The notes beneath the pieces were generated by a model that saw only the letters and a program-made list of their open reading frames with translations, had not been told where the DNA came from and did no database searches. This document shows positions 25,030 to 37,681 of a DNA stretch of 64,000 nucleotides, in pieces (the first letter of the stretch is position 1; each line of letters starts with the position of its first letter). Source of the stretch: Vitrella brassicaformis CCMP3155 (Eukaryota; Protista; Chromerida); contig CDMY01000416.1 of the NCBI GenBank assembly GCA_001179505.1, forward strand, positions 18,537-82,536, given 5' to 3'. Position numbers and translations under genes: made by a program.

Positions 25030-25981
25030 TCTCTGTCGGCCAACAGCAAGGTCCGAGATCTGGCATGTGACGCGCTCAACACGGTGGGCAATGCCCGTCC
25101 GCATGTGCATACCATCCAATGGCATAGAATGGTTTGTTTGGTGCAGGTCGGTTTTGTCGAGTCGGCCGATGGCCGACATCTCATCATGCCGGATGGACTC
25201 ACTCACAATAGGTGCGTCCGTGCACACACCTTGGTGCGAGAAGGCGTCGACCGCTCGCCTCAGTGTGCTTCAAGTTGCTAACGATGTGATGTGCCATGGC
25301 GCCCCTGGAGGCTGATTAGCGCCCAGATGTCCATTGACGATCAGGCCGCCAAGGCAGGCATCGCCATCGATAAGCGTGCGGCGCCCCCTCCCACACAACA
25401 CACCCACACGACGATGCACGGACACCCAGAGCATGGCAGCCCTCCACTCACCATGTGTGTGTCTCCGTTCGCACGTTATGGATACGGCCAAGAGTTCTAC
25501 CACACGTCCGAGGCGCCCTGCTACCCCCCTCCCCCTCCCCCGCCCCCACTCAGTCACTCTCGCCTCCCCCTCCAGGCATTCACCAGTACATGGCCCCCGA
25601 TCCATCGGCTCACGCGCAGCAGCACTACGGCCGCCATGACGGCGGCTATGTCGCCGTCAAGCAAGAGGAGCAAGAGGATTACCGACACGACAGTGGTGAG
25701 AACAAGCAGTAGCGCGCCAGCCCCTGTCCGCAGTCGTAAAGCCGTGCCTCTCCTTTCTCCCTCTGGTCTGGACAGGTAACTCGTGTGTGAGTATGAGTTT
25801 GCATCTGGCCCACATGCCGCCCCCCGGCCTCGCCCCTCCCGCCGCACGCCCCGATACCATGCCGCCCAACCTGCACGAGCCACTCCAGCCGGCGTCGCAG
25901 GTGTCACGCAATGAGTCGGACGTCAGGGGTGCAAAGAAGGAGGCGGAGGGGAGCGAGCTGGATGGTTGGATGTATGCATGA
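25030..25981 (+). CDS. Possible fragmentary hypothetical gene
   Basis: Several GT-AG-bounded coding-like blocks (DSLSANSKVRDLACDALN, VGFVESADGRHLIMPDGLTHN, IHQYMAPDPSAHAQQHYG), but no single consistent frame could be assembled. Confidence 0.2.
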
Positions 25982-26389
25982 CAAAGGGCCACGGGTGGAC
26001 TGATGCGGGAGGGAGGGAGGGAGGGAGGGAGGGACGAGCGGGCTGACGCGTGGATGCGTGTGTGAGGTGGTGTACGCTTCTCTGTCTGGCGGTGCCTTTC
26101 TGCCTCCCTGCCTCCCTGCCTGCCTGCCTGTCTGCCTGTCTGTCTGTCTGTTTGTGCGTCTGTAGATACACACATACATACATCTGATGGACCGATCTGA
26201 TGGACGATGGTTAACTAAACGAATGGAACGCACACATATACACGTCAGTACTCACCACAGGGTGAAGATCTCTTCACATCCTCTTGATAGTGCTCCCACA
26301 GACACGTTAATCGAGAGTGTGTCGGTCGGTCTGTCTCTCCCTACTCACTCACACACACGCACAGCACACATAGATCAGCCGACGCCATT

Positions 26390-27685
26390 CGTCAGCATGA
26401 CCTGGTCATCTGTCCCCCGTGGCCCTCCCCACGACCCATTCCGCCCATCACCACCGTCGCCCCCTGTCGCGTCAGCTCCCCGCCCACCGCCGACCGGAGA
26501 CCGCACTCAACGGTGTCGCGCAACTCACCTTCAAGCACACACATCGACATAACACAGACACAGAGAGAGAGGGAGGTACACTTTAAAGTGCTGTGCTGTG
26601 CTGCCGCGTAGCGTACCGGCAGATTGCTGAAGCACCAGCAGCTGGTGGTCGAGGGAGGCGTTGGCCTGCTGAAGCTCCGCAACCTCCCTAGCGTAATCAG
26701 ACTGAAACCACACACACACACACACACTCACACATACAGACATACGCCACACACTCGTGCCGCGCCACCCAGCCAGTCGGCCGCCCACGTACCTCTTTCT
26801 TAAGGTTGGTGGGCAAGGGCGGCATCATGCCATCCTCTCCGCCACAGATGAACCGCCTCAGCTTGGTGTAGTGGCCCGTCAGCCGCCGCACCCTCTCCTC
26901 CACCGCACCGTCGAACACATCGGCCATCTCGCGGCCGTTGCGCAGCCTGGTCCGCTCCTCGTCCATCATCCGCTCGAGCGACTCACGGGAGAGCCCACTG
27001 GCCGCCCTCTCTCTCTCCCGTTCCCTGCGCCGCCTCTCCTTGTCACGGACCCTCTCCAGCTCCCTCTCTCTCTCCCTTTGCCGCTCCTTCTGCAGCTCTC
27101 TCTCCTTCTCGCGGTCCTTTTTGGATAACTTTTTCTTGCCGCGCCCCTTGCCGGAGGCCCTGCTCTTGACCTTGACCTTTGGCTTCGGCTTCGGCTTGGC
27201 CGCAGGGGCCTTGCCCTGCGCCGCCCTCTGCTGGTCTGCCGATGAACCTTGCTGCTGTTGCTGCTGCTGGGTGGTGTCCCCAGCTGCTGCTGATAGTGGC
27301 GCTGCTGTCGATGGCTGCTGTTGCTGCAGGGGCTGTGTGAGGATTCTGTCGAATTTCTGGAGGGCCTCGGGCGAGGTGAGGGTGGGGAGGGAGAGGGGAG
27401 GTGCCTCGAACAAGGCCAACGCCAGACAACCCTGATCAGACAGACCAGACAGACCAGAGATGCATGGACACACACAACACACACACATCCATCGACGGTG
27501 CGTTGCTGTGTTGATGTGTGCGGTGCGGTGCGGCGCAGGCGTCCGCCAGGCTCACTCACTTGCAGCTCCTGATAGAGGTCACTGATGGCCAGGCGGATCA
27601 GGCCTCCGCGGTCACCCGCTTTCGCCGCGGCAGATGGAAGATCTCGAGGAGCAGCACTCGAGCCGCCCTCTTCGGCCTCAAGCAT
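26390..27685 (-). CDS. Hypothetical protein with KE/RE-rich coiled coil; 3' end uncertain (may extend to ~25923)
   Basis: MLEAEEGG...LIRLAISDLYQELQ|GCLALALFEAPP...KKDREKERELQKERQRERERELER...LTGHYTKLRRFICG...KKE|SDYAREVAELQQANASLDHQLLVLQQS, with GT-AG junctions. Confidence 0.5.
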
Positions 27686-28309
27686 GTTGCAAGTGAGGAG
27701 CTATTCCGGTCCTTCCCCCCTTTGCACGTCTAAGCCCGCAGGGTTTGGAACCCTGCCGACCGACCGCTGGGCTTCGAGGCTTTTTCCCATTGCAATGAAG
27801 TGCCCATGAAGGCTGCTGCCGCGCTCATTGAGTCCGAATGTATGAGGTGAATGCGGCTGGTGTGCAGCAGTGGGCGGCAGACGCACCCAGACATTCACAC
27901 ACAGCGCTTGAGGCCTGGGGCTGGGAGGCCGGGGAATGACTGCTGGTGTGATGGGCTGTCTGTGTGCGGCGGTTTGACCGAACGGCCTTGCGTGTGTGAG
28001 AAGTGGGTATGCCGCAGGAGGGGTATCGATGGGGTGAGTGCGGTAGAGTGCGGTGAAGTGGTGAGAAATGCAATTTGGTGGAAAGGACGAATGGCGAAGC
28101 GGTGCGTGTTGGCATCTCACAGAACAACTTGCAGTAAAGCTCCACAGTCAATACTCAAGTCTACACGGCATCGCCAAGTTGGCCAAAAGCCCGTGGACAC
28201 AGAGAGAGAGCGAGAGACAACCGAGTGAGTGCAGAGGGTGGATGCGTGTGTGTGGGGGGCTATGGGATGCACACACACACGACAGACACACACAGACACA
28301 CTCAGGCTC

Positions 28310-31300
28310 GCCGATCATCCATCCATCCATCCATCCAGCAGTGGCCCTGAATAACACAAATACACACATGTTCGTTCATACGTAAGCGCCTTCAAGTGTG
28401 TGTCTGTCTGTCTGTGTGTTTGTGGCTCTCCTCTCCTCTCCCCCCTCTCCACTCACCTGTCAATGGGTCGATGTGTTGTGACCAAGAAGGAAAGAGAGAG
28501 ACAAGGAGAAAGAGGGAGACAAGGCCTTGTGTTCAGAAACCAACGAGTGTGCTAAAAAAAAGGCGGGTTACAATGTCGGCGGGCAGAGAGAGGAGGGCAC
28601 CGACATTGTAACCCGCCGTGCACACCCGTCCGGATATAAAATGTAGGCAGCGATCATCCAACCATCCATCCAACCATCCAACCATCCAACCATCCATCCA
28701 ACCATCCATCCANNNNNNNNNNNNNNNNNNNNNNNNNNNNNNNNNNNNNNNNNNNNNNNNNNNNNNNNNNNNNNNNNNNNNNNNNNNNNNNNNNNNNNNN
28801 NNNNNNNNNNNNNNNNNNNNNNNNNNNNNNNNNNNNNNNNNNNNNNNNNNNNNNNNNNNNNNNNNNNNNNNNNNNNNNNNNNNNNNNNNNNNNNNNNNNN
28901 NNNNNNNNNNNNNNNNNNNNNNNNNNNNNNNNNNNNNNNNNNNNNNNNNNNNNNNNNNNNNNNNNNNNNNNNNNNNNNNNNNNNNNNNNNNNNNNNNNNN
29001 NNNNNNNNNNNNTCTCCTCTCCCCCCTCTCCACTCACCTGTCAGTCAATGAATGGGTCGATGTGTCGTGACCAAGAAGGAAAGGGACAAGAGACAAGACT
29101 TCCCGCGTTGTAAATAATTGCAGAGACTGGAGTTGTGTGAAAAAAAAACCTCTCTCGCGGCGGAAAGGCCAGCCGCTGAGAGAGGGGGTGCACACATTAC
29201 TCCAACAATATAAAATGTAGGCAGCGATCATCCAACCATCCATCCAATCATCCATCCAACCATTCATCCAACCATCCAGCCAGCAGTGATGAAGAGGTGG
29301 CCCTGAACGAAACACACACACACACACACAAACACACATCTTCGTTCATACGTTTGCGCCTTCAAGTGTGTCTCTGTCTGTCTGTGTGTGGCTCTCTTCT
29401 CCTCTCCCCCCTCTCCACTCACCTGTCAGTCAATGAATGGGTCGATGTGTCGTGACCAAGAAGGAAAGGGATAAGAGACAAGACTTCCCGCGTTGTAAAT
29501 AATTGCAGAGACTGGAGTTGTGTGAAAAAAAAAACCCTCATGTTCGTTCATACGTTTGCGCCTTCAAGTGTGTCTCTGTCTGTCTGTGTGTGGCTCTCCT
29601 CTCCTCTCCCCCTCTCCACTCACCTGTCAGTCAATGAATGGGTCGATGTGTCGTGACCAAGAAGGAAAGGGACAAGAGACAAGACTTCCCGCGTTGTATA
29701 ATTGCAGAGACTGGAGTTGTGTGAAAAAAAAAAACCTCTCTCGCGGCGGAAAGGCCAGCCGCTGAGAGAGGGGGTGCACACATTACTCCAACAATATAAA
29801 ATGTAGGCAGCGATCATCCAACCATCCATCCAACCATCCATCCAACCATCCATCCATCCAACCATCCATCCATCCAACCATCCAGCCAGCAGTGATGAAG
29901 AGGTGGCCCTGAACGAAACACAGACACACACACACACACACACATGTTCGTTCATACGTTTGCGCCTTCAAGTGTGTCTCTGTCTGTCTGTGTGTGGCTC
30001 TCTTCTCCTCTCCCCCCTCTCCACTCACCTGTCAGTCAATGAATGGGTCGATGTGTCGTGACCAAGAAGGAAAGGGACAAGAGACAAGACTTCCCGCGTT
30101 GTAAATAATTGCAGAGACTGGAGTTGTGTGAAAAAAAAANNNNNNNNNNNNNNNNNNNNNNNNNNNNNNNNNNNNNNNNNNNNNNNNNNNNNNNNNNNNN
30201 NNNNNNNNNNNNNNNNNNNNNNNNNNNNNNNNNNNNNNNNNNNNNNNNNNNNNNNNNNNNNNNNNNNNNNNNNNNNNNNNNNNNNNNNNNNNNNNNNNNN
30301 NNNNNNNNNNNNNNNNNNNNNNNNNNNNNNNNNNNNNNNNNNNNNNNNNNNNNNNNNNNNNNNNNNNNNNNNNNNNNNNNNNNNNNNNNNNNNNNNNNNN
30401 NNNNNNNNNNNNNNNNNNNNNNNNNNNNNNNNNNNNNNNCTGGAGTTGTGTGAAGAAAAAAAAAACCTCTCTCGCGGCGGAAAGGCCAGCCGCTGAGAGA
30501 GGGGGTGCACACATTACTCAAACAATATAAAATGTAGGCAGCGATCATCCAACCATCCATCCAATCATCCATCCAACCATCCATCCAACCATCCAGCCAG
30601 CAGTAATGAAGAGGTGGCCCTGAACGAAACACACACACACACACACACATGTTCGTTCATACGTTTGCGCCTTCAAGTGTGTCTCTGTCTGTCTGTGTGT
30701 GGCTCTCTTCTCCTCTTCCCCCTCTCCACTGACCTGTCAGTCAATGAATGGGTCGATGTGTCGTGACCAAGAAGGAAAGGGACAAGAGACAAGACTTCCC
30801 GCGTTGTAAATAATTGCAGAGACTGGAGTTGTGTGAAAAAAAAAACCTCTCTCGCGGCGGAAAGGCCAGCCGCTGAGAGAGGGGGTGCAAACATTACTCC
30901 AACAATATAAAATGTAGGCAGCGATCGATCTGGAGAAAGCACATCCTCCATCCCCCCATCGATGGATCGAGTGACTCGCGCCCTGAACACACCATAGACA
31001 GACAGACAGACAGACACACGCAGCCAGCAACCAACCAAAACGCCGTGAGTGAGTGAGCACACCTCTGTCGACGAATGAATGCGTGTGTGAGGGACTGACT
31101 GACTGACTTACCTCGAGAGGGGCAATGCATTCTGTCAAATCCACGGCCATCCGATCTTCTTAGTCCGGTACGAATCAACGCCGTGACGACAACTACACAA
31201 AGACTCGACTCCCCACACTTAGGCTTGCCGACCATCCATCCATCCAGCAGTGATGAAGAGGTGGCCCTGAACGAAACAAACACACACACACACACATGTT

Positions 31301-32830
31301 CGTTCATACGTTTGCGCCTTCAAGTGTGTGTCTGTCTGTCTGTGTGTGGCTCTCTTCTCCTCTCCCCCCTCTCCACTCACCTGTCAGTCAATGAATGGGT
31401 CGATGTGTCGTGACCAAGAAGGAAAGGGACAAGAGACAAGACACAAGACACAAGACTTCCCGCATTTTAAACAGAAGACTGGGGTGCAGTAAAGAAAAAG
31501 GCGGGTTACAATGTCGGGGGGCAGAGAGAGGAGGGCACCGACATTGTAACCCGCCGTGCACACCCGTCCGGATATAAAATGTAGGCAGCGATCATCCAAC
31601 CATCCATCCAACCATCCATCCATCCAGCAGTGATGAAGAGGTGGCCCTGAACGACACACACACCCACACACACACACACATGTTCGTTCATACGTTTGCG
31701 CCTTCAAGTGTGTCTCTGTCTGTCTGTCTGTGGCTCTCTTCTCCTCTCCCCCCTCTCCACTCACCTGTCAGTCAATGAATGGGTCGATGTGTCGTGACCA
31801 AGAAGGAAAGGGACAAGAGACAAGACTTCCCGCGTTGTAAATAATTGCGGAGACTGGAGTTGTGTGAAAAAAAACCCTCTCTCGCGGCGGAAACGCCAGC
31901 TGCTGCGAGAGAGGGGGTGCACACATTACTCCAACAATATAAAATGTAGGCAGCGATCGATCAGGAGAGAGAAAGCACATCCTCCATCCCCCCATCGATG
32001 GATCGACTGACTCGCGTCCTGAACACACCATAGACAGACAGACACACGCAGCCAGCAACCAACCAACGCCGTGAGTGAGTGAGCACACCTCTGTCGACGA
32101 ATGAATGCGTGTGTGAGGGACTGACTGACTGACTTACCTCGAGAGGGGCAATGCATTCTGTCAAATCCACGGCCATCTGATCTTCTTAGTCCGGTACGAA
32201 TGAACGCCGTGACGACAACTACACAAAGACTCGACTCCCCACACTTAGGCTCGCCGACCATCTATCCATCCAGCCAGCAGTGATGAAGAGGTGGCCCTGA
32301 ACGACACACACACACACAGACACACACACACACATGTTCGTTCATACGTTTGCGCCTTCAAGTGTGTGTCTGTCTGTCTGTGTGTGGCTCTCTTCTCCTC
32401 TCCCCCCTCTCCACTCACCTGTCAGTCAATGAATGGGTCGATGTGTCGTGACCAAGAAGGAATGGGACAAGAGACAAGACTTCCCGCGTTGTAAATAATT
32501 GCAGAGACTGGAGTTGTGTGAAAAAAAAACCTCTCTCGCGGCGGAAAGGCCAGCCGCTGAGAGAGGGGGTGCACACATTACTCCAACAATATAAAATGTA
32601 GGCAGCGATCGATCAGGAGAAAGCACATCCTCCATCCCCCCATCGATGGATCGAGTGACTCGCGCCCTGAACACACCATAGACAGACAGACAGACACACG
32701 CAGCCAGCAACCAACCAAAACGCCGTGAGCGAGCACACCTCTGTCGATGCGTGTGTGAGGGACTGACTGACTTACCTCGAGAGAGACAGTGCATTCTGTC
32801 AAAAGCACGGCCATCAGGAGAAAGAATCAA
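28310..32830. repeat. Complex tandem array of ~385-405-bp and ~650-bp units
   Basis: The anchor CACCTGTCA(GTCAATG)AATGGGTCGATGTG recurs at about 28454, 29035, 29420, 29621, 30026, 30731, 31378, 31762 and 32416. Units carry (CCAT/CCAA)n, (CA)n, a poly-A tract and a hairpin. Two N gaps lie inside. Confidence 0.93.
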
Positions 32831-34000
32831 ACTTCCATCATCTGCACACAAGCATGCCGACAGGGCACAGTGAGATCACCACAGCAATGAAACGGACCAC
32901 GCAGTCATCCTCGAATATCATCCACACACCATACCGACACCGCAGCCAACCAAAAGAAAAAAAGATATGACACGCACGTGGACTCACCTGAAAAGATGTT
33001 TGAGTTTGAAGACAAAAGAAGGCGTGCGCGCACTCAGCTGACGCCAGACAGGTGTCAGGTAGTCTCCACCCATTCAGCAGAAGAAAGGGCGCCAGCAACC
33101 GGCTGAGGCACTCGCGGCACGGCGGTAGAGGACGAAAGTGGCAGGCAGACGACACTCGGACAAGTCGGAGCGGGAGGGGATGGGCGGACCACACAAGCCA
33201 ACGACCATTCGCCAAGGGAGGAGGGAGGCTCAGGCTGATGTCAGCGACTGACGGGCGGGCGGGTCAGGGGCGGTCAGGTGGACTCGTCCTTTTCAGAAAC
33301 GGCGCAGGGGGGGCTGTGTCGGCCTCGGGCGGGTGGCGCCCGACCTCTCCCGCCGAAAAATGAACAGAAACGAAGGAGATGTGAGGCGAACAGTGGGAAA
33401 TGAGGACAGCTGGCGTGGAAACTGTCCGCTGCTTCCTTTTCTTGAAAAGACCGTCTCGGGACGGCGAGAATTCGAATGCTCGCCGCGATTCTCGCCACAA
33501 GCTCGCACGTCTTTTTCCGAAGCCCTCCTTGTTGGTAACGCCACCCTCTCCTTTTCATCATTGTCCTCAAGCTGTCCATTGTGAAGTTGACTGACTTACT
33601 GGCTTGCTGACTTACTTGAGAGAGACAAGGCCTTGTCGACAAAAAGGAGACGGCCATCAGGAGAAAGAACCAAAATCCCACCATCTGCACACCAGCATGC
33701 CAGCAGGGCACAGTGAGATCATCACAGCAATGAAAGAGACTACGCCAGTCATCCTTGAACATCATCCAAACATTATACCATTACCTTAGCCAATGAGGGG
33801 AGGTTTTGAAGGCAGAAGAAGGCGTGCGCACACTCAGAGTTGACGCCAGACAGGTGTCAAGAGCCGCCACTGATCCAGCAGGTGGGCTTGGCGCTACCGG
33901 CCGAGGCCTCGCTCGTGGCACGGCGGTAGAGGAAGGAAGCTTTTCATCCGGACGAGTTGGGAGGGGCGGGAGGCGATGCGGCGGACCACACCAGCCAAAA
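32765..34000. repeat. Direct duplication of a promoter plus signal-peptide exon (32765-33200 vs 33587-34000)
   Basis: Shared blocks GACTTAC..GAGAGAGACA, CGGCCATCAGGAGAAAGAA, CAGGGCACAGTGAGATCA, GACGCCAGACAGGTGTCA and GGCACGGCGGTAGAGGA. Confidence 0.85.
33616..33684 (-). CDS. Orphan first exon encoding a signal peptide
   Basis: MVGFWFFLLMAVSFLSTRPCLSQ (23 aa) followed by a GTAAGT donor. No downstream exons were identified. Confidence 0.35.
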
Positions 34001-34190
34001 AGCAGGTGAAAAGAAGAAGACGCGGGGGATCTGTGGTGGAAAGAAGGCTGGAAAGCCGACCGTGGACAGAAAATGTGAACCGTAGGACAAATTTGTGCGT
34101 CTCGAATTTATTTCTCGTCCCGTCTCCAATTCTCGCCGAGTGAGAAAACCTCCTTCTCGTAAGCCTTTTTGTGGCACATGGGCAGCCAGT
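33919..34190 (+). repeat. Intergenic ~275-bp element, left copy of an inverted pair with 43488-43767
   Basis: Aligns with the reverse complement of 43488-43767 from CACGGCGGTAGAGGAAGGAAG to CGTAAGCCTTTTTGTGGCACATGGGCAGCCAGT. Confidence 0.9.
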
Positions 34191-35705
34191 AAGCGAGTGG
34201 CTGTTGCTTACGTGGCAGAGGCGACGTCCGTCTCGAATTTCTCACCTGCGCGAAAAGAAGAAGAAGAAGATGCGACGCTCGACCAAAGAGAGAATGAGGG
34301 TATCACCAAAAAGCTCGACGTCAGACACACCTTCCATGCGCTATTCCTTGCGGCCATGGTCTCCTCTCTGGATGAAACTCCTCGGCTCCCAACCCACAAT
34401 ATTGCCCAGCAATACCGTATGTTGCCCGCACGACGTCGTTGAGGCAGGCCACTGCGACGCGGGCGGAATGCAATGATCCTGACGAAAGCCGCCGAAGGGA
34501 GGAGCGGAATGGAGGAGACGGCAGGCGGAAAAGGCAGTAAAGGCAGTCGGGCGGAGTGGATGGGACGGTCGTGTTTCTTCCTGTCGCGGCCGGGTTTGTC
34601 TCGTTTCTCGCCATTCTTGACGGGCAAATTCTCGATGAAGGGTTATTCCAGTGTTGTCGCAGGACTGCCAGTGTCTGCGATCGGGACTCAGAGGCCCCCT
34701 TGCCCCCAGTCTCAGCGAAGGATAAGAGGCGCGTGTCGATTTTGCCTGCGGGGGCTGCACAGGCGAGAAGGGAAGAGGAGTTTGAGGAGGATAGGCGGAG
34801 GAAGAGAAAGACTGAGGCGCTCAGCAAATCGCCCTGGGCCATCATCGACTCACTCAAGGACTGGAGATGGAGACAGGGGCAGCCCAGGGCCTACGTGTGC
34901 TGATTGGTACCTGTGGTCATTGCCCACCTGCAGGGCCGTCGTGACTGACTGCCTGACTGCTTTCATGCGTGCGTGTATGTGTGGATGGATGGATGGATGG
35001 ATGGATGTGGTGTCTCAGGCCTGTCTGTGGTGACACAGCCACAGGCGTGTGGCTGTTGAGCCCTTCTCCTGTTCTGTTCTGTCGGGGTGTGTGTGTGTGT
35101 GTGTGTGGGTGTGTGGGTGGGTGGGTCGCATATAGGTATCAGATCTTACACACTCTGAGCTGATGCGCATCGCTCGTCAATCAAGAGCAGCCCAGCCGCA
35201 CTCACACGTAGCCAGACGTATATATGTACATGCTTCCTTCCTTCCTTGGCAGCAAGGCAAGCAGCAACCAATATGGCCCGGCGCGCACCCCGTGACACGC
35301 AAGACCTCACTCATCTCACATTGACTACCCACACAAGAAGCATCAAGTGACCTGTCTGACCTGTCTGTCAATGGCCAGACGGATATGTGCATGGGTGGAT
35401 GACCAAACAACACGCAACACGCAAGGCACACATGAAACAAGAAAGCACCAGCAGCAGCAGCACATGCACATGCATGCCCACACGACACGACACGACACGA
35501 GCAATCAATCAATCAATCAGTACACAGAAAGGCTTCTGTTTCGAGTGAATGGGCAACGGCCAAACGAAACAGAAGAGCGAGACAAAGAGGCAAGGCCGAA
35601 GAAAGGTAGAGGTAAGGTGAGGTCAAGTAGGTGGCTGGGTGGGTGTCTACTCTTGCTCTTAAACCAACACGTGAGGATACTTGACAGCTGGTGGATACAC
35701 ACGCA

Positions 35706-35736
<31 letters not shown>

Positions 35737-37681
35737 GTGCATGCCATTTGTGTGTGTTGCGTGTCGTGCAGCATGATGGGGGCTGACGGCATGCCATTCT
35801 CACCCGACCGATGGTGCCCGGCCCGGGGGTGTGAATGCCATGCCGCGACCAGCCCCGCCCACAAATGCATCAACACACCACACACAGTTCCCCTCCTCTC
35901 TCTCTCGCTGTCTGTCTTTTGTGTCAGCATGGGGCAGGCTTCAGCGGCGAGCACTGTCTCTCCATTTAGTGTTCCCCCAGGCGAGGCAGAACCGGCCGCT
36001 GGGCGGGTGGATGCAGCTGGCGGCAAACAGGATGCAGTGTGACAACACTGCAACCTGTCTGCCGCCAGCTGCATACCTTGTGTCGGTTCATCGAGGAGGG
36101 GTATAGTACATCGGAGAGATTCAAAGAGGGGATCGATTGAAGGAAAGAAGGACGACGGGCAGCAAGAAGGAAAGAAGGACGACAGGGCACTCACCCAGTC
36201 ACTGCTGACTGCCACAAATCAAAACACTGCAGGCAACGCGCACTCACTCGCTGGCTCATCACATACATCAGCACATCAGGCACCCAGTGCGTATCAATTC
36301 CATTCGCGGCAATATCATCTGGGAATGTGTGCAAGGCAAAAAGAGCCCGTCGTCTGCCTGCGTGTCACGCTGCATCACTCCACCTACACAGTTAGCCGCC
36401 AATGCAATGCCCAGTAGGGCAAGCAACCCGAGACTTACCGCTATTCCCGCGTGAAACTCATCCCTCTCGCCGCCGCACCTACCGGAAAAAGAATATCGCG
36501 GGCTATACACACCACACACTGCCTGCCCCTCTCGTGCAACCACACACAAGACAGCTCAACTACGTGCTGAACTCCTAAGGCAACATCAAGGAAGAACGTC
36601 TTTGATGTCGCCGCAGAGCTGGTAGAGTGTGTGTGGACGCCATAGACAAGACATGTAGACACGCACACAGACGATGCCACACAGAGCACAGCAGTCCACA
36701 CAGAGAGAAAAGGCCGACCAACACACAACAGCCGTCCCCTCACACACACAGAGCGACAGACAGACACACACACAGCGACAGAGAGACAGAGAGGGAGTCC
36801 GTCGACTCATCGGCCGATCATCCTGCCTCCCACACACAAATGGATCGACACACACACACTCACACACACACAGACGAGTAGCACTCAGCAGCGGTGGGGG
36901 AGAGGGCCATCGCGCCACTCGACGGCCGTATCGTCATCATCAGCGCGGCGAAGCCATCCGCCACTGAGCCAGACAGCCACACCTGCACACAGACAGACAG
37001 ACAGACAGTCAGACATCTGTGTGTGTCGGATCCCTTTGTGTGTGTCGGCACACCACAGAGTGTCAGTGTCGTTTGCTGTCGATCGGCACACCACAGAGTG
37101 GCCAGGCCATTGGACATCTTCCGCCGATGGGCACAGCTCATCGCCTCAACGCCTGACACACACACACACACACACACACACAGACGACAGTTGTCAGTCC
37201 ACCGACCCCTTCAGCTCACCTCCCCCTTCCTCCCTCCCCCCCCTGTCTGTCTGTCTGTCTGTCTGTGCGGTCCGTACCATCGCTGACAGCCGAGAGAGGG
37301 AGAGAGAGCGCCACACCTAAGTCAGATCTGTCTCGTTGTGTGTTGCTGTCGTCAGCTGGCGGCCACATACATCTCCCTCGTCAGTCAGCCAGACGAAGAT
37401 CTACATGCAGGCGCTTCACCAATATTTACCGACAGGGGAGCTCTCGCAGCTCCTTCATCTCGTGATCTCTTCATCAGCCTGTTGCGTGGTCGCTTGATTG
37501 CGCGTTGAGACGCTGGACCAGGCTTTTGGCAATTCGTGAAACCGCTCTTCATCAGCCTGAGCTCGCACCTGTCCTGTGGCCAGAGCGGGTGCAGGAGCGC
37601 AGAGGTATGGACACACAACCAGGCAAGGCAGCAGCTGTTACGTCGGTATTGTTTTACACTGCTGCAGATGTGTGTGTGGGG

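Noticed and set aside
28070-28140. NLVERTNGE, resembling the integrase/transposase Glu motif
   Set aside because: Isolated short stretch closed by a stop, with no other catalytic motifs.
28310-32830. CRISPR-like appearance of the array (and of 2769-2837)
   Set aside because: Units are hundreds of bp with homologous, not unique, intervening sequence. The host is eukaryotic and there are no cas genes.
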